Source: an uncultured Candidatus Saccharibacteria bacterium
GTDB taxonomy: Bacteria > Patescibacteriota > Minisyncoccia > Phycocordibacterales > PALSA-1337
Assembly (NCBI GenBank): GCA_964450345.1
Contig: CAYVEL010000001.1
Location: forward strand, 16,671 to 80,670
DNA length: 64,000 nt
Direction: 5' to 3'
In this document: one piece after another, positions 59,443 through 64,000 of the stretch
How positions within the stretch are numbered: position 1 is the stretch's first letter
How the letters are laid out: every line of letters starts with the position of its first letter
The notes under the pieces: generated by a model
Seen by the model: the letters and a program-made list of their open reading frames with translations, nothing else
What the model was told of the DNA's origin: nothing
The model's database searches: none
Translations under genes and position numbers: made by a program

Positions 59443-60378
59443 ATGTCGCAAAACATAGAAGAAATGAAGAAACAGTTCTTAGAGTATGTTGAAATAGAAA
59501 AAGGACGTAGTCTAAAAACTGTTGAAAACTATGAGCATTATCTATCTGTTTTCCTAGATTTCGCCAAGATTAAGAGTCCAGAACAGATTACCGACTCCCT
59601 ATTAAGAGAGTATAGATTGTGGCTTAATAGAAGAGAATCTGGTTCAAAAAAAGACGGCATTAAAGAAACTTTAAAAAGAAAGACTCAAAATTATTATCTT
59701 ATTGCTCTAAGGTCTTTTCTTAAATATATGTCAAAACGTGGCTTAAATACTATGCCTGGTGAGCGAATTGAACTCGCTAAGGTTCCTGAAAGATCACTAG
59801 ATTTGATATCTCTACCAGAATTGGGTCGTATAATTGCTGCCCCAGATACTTCTAATCTTAGAGGTTTAAGAGATAGAGCTATTTTAGAGACCTTATTTTC
59901 TACTGGTTTACGTGTTTCTGAATTATGTGGTTTACCTAGAGAGCTTGATTTAAGTCATGATGAATTCTCTGTTCGCGGTAAAGGCGATAAAATTAGAGTA
60001 GTGTTCATGTCAGAAGATGCTAAAACTGCCATAAAAGCTTATTTAGCTAAACGAGATGATATGGATGATGCAATGTTTGTTCAAATAAACAACAAAAAAC
60101 TGGCTGAAGATAAGGATAAAACACTCAGATTGACTCCTAGATCAGTAGAGAGAATAGTAAAATATTATGCAATCAAAGCGGGTGTTTCAAAAAAGGTCAC
60201 TCCCCACGTTCTTAGACATTCGTTTGCTACTGATTTGCTTAGAAACGGTGCGGATCTACGCTCGGTACAAATGTTACTAGGTCACGCTAATATCGGAACA
60301 ACGCAGATATATACACATATAACAGACAGTGAACTTAGAGACGTGCATAAGAAGTTTCACGGGAAAAGTAAGATTTAA
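59443..60378 (+). CDS. xerC: Tyrosine recombinase, XerC/XerD family
   Basis: RDRAILETLFSTGLRVSEL, GKGDKIR, TPHVLRHSFAT, LLGHANIGTTQIYTH. Confidence 0.8.
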   Translation: MSQNIEEMKKQFLEYVEIEKGRSLKTVENYEHYLSVFLDFAKIKSPEQITDSLLREYRLWLNRRESGSKKDGIKETLKRKTQNYYLIALRSFLKYMSKRGLNTMPGERIELAKVPERSLDLISLPELGRIIAAPDTSNLRGLRDRAILETLFSTGLRVSELCGLPRELDLSHDEFSVRGKGDKIRVVFMSEDAKTAIKAYLAKRDDMDDAMFVQINNKKLAEDKDKTLRLTPRSVERIVKYYAIKAGVSKKVTPHVLRHSFATDLLRNGADLRSVQMLLGHANIGTTQIYTHITDSELRDVHKKFHGKSKI

Positions 60379-60454
60379 GCTATTAAAATATAAGCAAAAA
60401 TATAAAAATGGATTTAAAAATCCATTTTTATGTTTTTTGTGTTAAATTTAGTGT

Positions 60455-61249
60455 ATGAAAATCATTTGTTGGAATGTTAACGGAATTCGCGCTTTGGTAA
60501 AAAAGGGCGCATTTGATTGGTTAATTAACGAATCTCCAGACATTTTCTGCTTTCAGGAGACCAAAGCCCATCCAGAACAATTAGACGATTCCGTTAAGAA
60601 TTTAGAAGGTTACACATCATATTTTGACCATTCTAAGGTAAAAAAGGGATATAGTGGTGTAGCCGTATATACTAAAAGTAAACCAGAAAAGGTGGAATAT
60701 GGTATGGGTATTCCAGAATTTGATGAAGAAGGACGTATGCTTGCTTTATTTTTTGGTGGCGATGCCTTCTCTGGTCAGATGAGTAGTCCATTTTTGTTTG
60801 TTAACTGTTACTTCCCCAATGGTGGCGGTGGTCCAGAAAGATTAGATTATAAAATGCGTTTTTATGATGCATTCCTAAAATATGTTGAAAAATATACACA
60901 AAAAGGTATTCCTGTTATATTTTGTGGTGATGTTAATACTGCTCATAAAGAAATCGACTTAGCTAGACCGAAAGAGAATGAAAAAAATACCGGCTTCTTG
61001 CCTATGGAAAGAGCCTGGATTGATGAAGTTGTTAAGCTTGGTTATGTAGATACATTTAGAAAATTTTATCCGAATTTAGAAAATAAATTTTCTTGGTGGG
61101 ATATGAAAACTTTTGCACGAGAAAGAAATGTTGGTTGGAGAATTGATTACTTTTTTGCAAATAAGTTTGCTATAGATAAAATAAAAAATGCAAAAATTCA
61201 CGAAAAGATTTTAGGAAGTGATCATTGCCCTATTTCTATAGATATATAA
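60455..61249 (+). CDS. xth: Exodeoxyribonuclease III
   Basis: WNVNGIRA, QETK, GYSGVA, GDVNTAH, GWRIDY, SDHCP. Confidence 0.96.
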   Translation: MKIICWNVNGIRALVKKGAFDWLINESPDIFCFQETKAHPEQLDDSVKNLEGYTSYFDHSKVKKGYSGVAVYTKSKPEKVEYGMGIPEFDEEGRMLALFFGGDAFSGQMSSPFLFVNCYFPNGGGGPERLDYKMRFYDAFLKYVEKYTQKGIPVIFCGDVNTAHKEIDLARPKENEKNTGFLPMERAWIDEVVKLGYVDTFRKFYPNLENKFSWWDMKTFARERNVGWRIDYFFANKFAIDKIKNAKIHEKILGSDHCPISIDI

Positions 61250-61293
61250 AATATGGCTTATAATAAAGACTTTTATGTCTTTTAAATAGTAAG

Positions 61294-61379
61294 AACAAAA
61301 TGTCCTTTATAAAGGACATTTTGTTTACAGAGTTATCCACATAATTGTCCTTTACATGTCCTTTATATAAAAATATAAT
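61294..61379 (+). promoter_or_regulatory. Promoter TTTACA-17-TATAAT with TGTCCTTTA operator-like repeats, a 32-bp palindrome and a DnaA box
   Basis: Palindrome 61294-61325; TTATCCACA 61333-61341; TGTCCTTTA 61346 and 61357; -35 at 61351, -10 at 61374. Confidence 0.65.
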
Positions 61380-61384
61380 TATCT

Positions 61385-61780
61385 GCAGGTAAGACGGATT
61401 AGTGACATGTGGTCACTGAGGATGTCTCAGATCTTTAAATAATTTTTTTGAGGGTTAGTGGTTATCCCTCAATCTCAGTTCTAAAAGATTCGAGCTCTCA
61501 AGCGAGAATCGATGTAGAGATCTGTTCGGCAAATTGGACACAATGGCTTTCCCAATAATATTTTTTTGAAAGACCAGAATAGTGTCTCACGAATAGATTC
61601 TCGTAGTTTGAATCGTCCTGATGTTTAGGCTTAAATGCTTTAACTGCCTGATTGCCAGGAGGATTCCTTGTAAGTTTGCTAGCCCTTGCTAGCTGTTAGT
61701 TTAGTTCTTTTGATCTTTTGTTCCTTGTTCTTTTTGTTTCGACGCGTAAGGCCCTTCGAGAAGAAGGGCCTTTGTTATTT
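61385..61780 (+). ncRNA. Candidate ~390-nt structured ncRNA (unknown family)
   Basis: Promoter directly upstream, many nested helices, terminator at 61748-61780, no ORF over 25 aa. Confidence 0.5.
61748..61780. terminator. Intrinsic terminator
   Basis: AAGGCCCTTC-GAGAA-GAAGGGCCTT-TGTTATTT. Confidence 0.7.
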
Positions 61781-61838
61781 CTAATATTTATTAAGCAATA
61801 AGCTTTTACTATGAGGGGGTGATTTAATAGTAAAAACC

Positions 61839-63323
61839 TTATTTTACCTTGAATTTTCCACGTATTTTAGCTATTTCCTCCTCCTCTTTTTCTTGTTTTT
61901 TAGCTTTTCCCTTATCTGATAGTTCTTTTAGGGTAGTTATGTCTAATGTATTGAGTTTTAAAGCTTTTCCTTCCAGGTACTCTGCTGTATTAAGATTCGG
62001 ATCTTCTAAAACTTCTTCCATTAACGCATTAAGTATTAAGCCTATTTTTGGTCCAGGTGTTTCCCGTGTAACCTCCATTATTCGGGAACCATCGATTTTC
62101 AGCATACCTACAGTAACAGGTGCTCTTAAAGCTTCTTCTATCATTGATTGATATTTTCTGAACCTATATGGTTCTTCTTTCGGTCTTCCTGTTCCTATTC
62201 TGTCACAGATTCTTACATACATAAGGTCCCAAATGTTTTCACGCCCAACATTTGCAACCATTCTTCTTACCGCGGATAGGGTTATTTGTTCTGGATCAGA
62301 GAAAAACATGTGCCATCTTACTAGCTTTGTTACCTTTTCGATTGTTTTCACGGGAAACTTAAGTCTATCAAGGACTTTCTTTGTTACACGTGAACCAACA
62401 ACTTCGTGACCGAAAAACGTATTTTCTCCTGTTTCATGTGAAAATCTCTTTGTTTCTGGCTTTGATATATCGTGAAATAGGGCAGTAAGTCTTATTTCTA
62501 AGCTATATTCCTTATCAGCAGCGTGTTGGAGGCTCTTAAGTAGATGTTCCCATACGCTATAAATATGAGCTCCTTTTTGCGTAACACCTATACCGGTCTC
62601 TAGTTCTGGTATGAAATACTTAAGTAATCCTGTTTCATGTGAAAGAATAAGGCCGTCCATAGGTCTTGGTGACATTATTATCTTTATGAACTCGTCCCTT
62701 ATTCTCTCTGCTGAAATCTTTGAAATAAGGCTAGAATTAGCAATTATGGCCTTTTTTGTATCGATGTTTAACGTGAAACCAAGTTCAGACGAGAATCTGA
62801 TAGCTCTTAGCATTCTTAAGGCGTCTTCTCTGAACCTATCCTCTGCTTTTCCTACGGTTCTTATAGTTTTGTCCATTAGATCTTTTCTTCCGTTATATAG
62901 ATCAGTTATTTCCGCGCTATTGTCCTTTATAGAGAGCGCTAGCGCATTCATGGTAAAATCCCTTCGTCCAAGATCATCTTCCAGCTTATCGCTAAATTTG
63001 ACGTCTTTAGGGTGTCTATAATCTTCGTACTGACCTTCGATTCTGAATGGAGTTACTTCTACAATATTTTTTTCATTGTTTTCATCTACTACTCCGACTG
63101 TTCCAAAAGTATTTTCATAGAATGTTCTAGGGAATAGGGCTACTATTTGTTCAGGTGTTGCGCTAGTTGTAATATCCCAGTCTTTTGGTTCTCTTTTAAT
63201 TAAGACATCTCTAACACAACCACCTACTAAGTAAGCTTTATAGCCATTTTTCTCTAAAGTATTTAAAACCTTTATAGACAGTTCTGGTATTGTTATTTTA
63301 CGTCCAAAAAGATCGATTTCCAT
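61839..63323 (-). CDS. cca: CCA tRNA nucleotidyltransferase with HD domain
   Basis: VGGCVRD, DWDI, RRDFTMNA, EDALRMLRAIRF, HD motif LFHDISK; start MEIDLFG at 63323. Confidence 0.9.
   Translation of the reverse strand: MEIDLFGRKITIPELSIKVLNTLEKNGYKAYLVGGCVRDVLIKREPKDWDITTSATPEQIVALFPRTFYENTFGTVGVVDENNEKNIVEVTPFRIEGQYEDYRHPKDVKFSDKLEDDLGRRDFTMNALALSIKDNSAEITDLYNGRKDLMDKTIRTVGKAEDRFREDALRMLRAIRFSSELGFTLNIDTKKAIIANSSLISKISAERIRDEFIKIIMSPRPMDGLILSHETGLLKYFIPELETGIGVTQKGAHIYSVWEHLLKSLQHAADKEYSLEIRLTALFHDISKPETKRFSHETGENTFFGHEVVGSRVTKKVLDRLKFPVKTIEKVTKLVRWHMFFSDPEQITLSAVRRMVANVGRENIWDLMYVRICDRIGTGRPKEEPYRFRKYQSMIEEALRAPVTVGMLKIDGSRIMEVTRETPGPKIGLILNALMEEVLEDPNLNTAEYLEGKALKLNTLDITTLKELSDKGKAKKQEKEEEEIAKIRGKFKVK
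62058..62780. other. Cluster of parS-like sites inside cca
   Basis: TGTTTCCCGTGTAACC(62058), GTTTTCACGGGAAACT(62344), TGTTACACGTGAACCA(62382), TGTTTCATGTGAAAAT(62430), TGTTTCATGTGAAAGA(62631), TGTTTAACGTGAAACC(62765) versus consensus TGTTNCACGTGAAACA. Confidence 0.65.
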
Positions 63324-63354
63324 TGATTTTATTGTTATTTTAAGGGTTAAATTG

Positions 63355-63427
63355 TGCGCCCGGCAGGACTTGAACCTACAACCCCTTGGTCCGAAGCCAA
63401 GTGCTCTATCCATTGAGCCACGGGCGC
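63355..63427 (-). tRNA. tRNA-Arg(TCG), CCA not encoded
   Basis: GCGCCCG...CGGGCGCA; anticodon stem CTTGG/CCAAG with loop CTTCGGA. Confidence 0.94.
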
Positions 63428-63623
63428 TTAATTAGAATAATAGCTTGATTTATTGTTTTTTTCTAGTGTAATTTTGTTTTGAGATACTACTCTTTTATAT
63501 TTAAAAATATGTTTAAGGTAAAATTTTGCCCAATAAAGTTTGCATTTGCTATTGTTTTGGTGCATAATATTCGGAGCCAGATTCTACTTTTGTAAGTTTG
63601 ATTTGGTTATATGTTAGATATAA

Positions 63624-63694
63624 GCGGGTATGGTTTAGTGGTAGCATGCGTCCTTGCCAAGGACGAGGTGGGAGTTCGATTCTCCCTACCCGCA
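63624..63694 (+). tRNA. tRNA-Gly(GCC), CCA not encoded
   Basis: GCGGGTA...TACCCGCA; anticodon stem CGTCC/GGACG with loop TTGCCAA. Confidence 0.95.
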
Positions 63695-63923
63695 CATTAT
63701 TTTGTTCGATAGTTTGGAATATTTCTTTTTCTTTATTAAACTCATTCTTTTGATTGTTTGAGTGGTTGTTTTTGTCTTAAACAAACCTTATCAGACCTAA
63801 GTTATACAAGTCTGGTCTTTGATATTGTTTTAAATAAAATACAATGTCTTTGAATTTATTTGAGCTAACAGGGAGGCTTCTGTCTAATTGAAAACTATAT
63901 TTTTCAACATTATTATGAATAAC

Positions 63924-63976
63924 TGTGGATAACTATGGGGATATTGTTTATAAAGGACATATTTTTATAAAGGAAA
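63924..63976. promoter_or_regulatory. DnaA box plus TAAAGGACA motifs
   Basis: TGTGGATAA(63924), TAAAGGACA(63951), TAAAGGAAA(63968): inverted counterpart of the 61294-61365 arrangement. Confidence 0.5.
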
Positions 63977-64000
63977 CTCAATTAGACCTTGAAAAATAAG

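Noticed and set aside
59443-60378. Tyrosine recombinase as the integrase of a genomic island
   Set aside because: XerC/D-like size and motifs in a housekeeping context (rpsO, xth); no att duplication seen
61621-61692. 23-aa Cys-rich ORF MFRLKCFNCLIARRIPCKFASPC
   Set aside because: Very short, no initiation signal, compatible with chance; would need Ribo-seq support
61385-61780. tmRNA or canonical RNase P RNA call
   Set aside because: No GGGG 5' end or T-arm/CCA 3' end of tmRNA; the canonical GAGGAAAGTCC and ACAGAA..CGGCTTA motifs are not present
63324-63413. N-terminal extension of the cca ORF
   Set aside because: Lies within tRNA-Arg(TCG); the start is reassigned to 63323
1-64000. CRISPR array, rRNA, IS transposase, and the many short antisense ORFs in the track
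   Set aside because: No spaced direct repeats, rRNA motifs or transposase ORFs were seen; the antisense ORFs shadow well-supported genes

Overview
AT-rich bacterial chromosome segment with a gene set and style typical of Patescibacteria/CPR (Parcubacteria-like); this taxonomic call is inferred from gene content. It spans the replication origin (dnaN-dnaA | rpmH-rnpA-yidC, ~31.7-35.8 kb). It carries type IV pilus genes (pilMNO, PilB/GspE ATPase), ruvABC/yebC, cell-wall genes, a VirB4/PrgI/VirB6/pilin-like T4SS-type cluster next to oriC, pcrA, comM, pnp-rpsO, a Xer recombinase, xth, a CCA-adding enzyme and six tRNAs. No CRISPR array, rRNA, transposase or prophage was seen. Main non-annotated signals: (1) a family of structured elements behind three tRNA genes, each carrying an antisense and/or sense copy of its own tRNA's T-arm and a stem with compensatory base changes; (2) three orphan structured intergenic RNA candidates, one of ~390 nt behind a near-consensus promoter covered by a repeated TGTCCTTTA motif and next to a DnaA box; (3) about six parS-like sites inside the cca coding sequence; (4) pervasive leaderless-type promoters (-10 hexamer 6-7 nt before the start codon); (5) tRNA-Arg(GCG) plus tRNA-Arg(TCG), suggesting inosine-independent CGN decoding.
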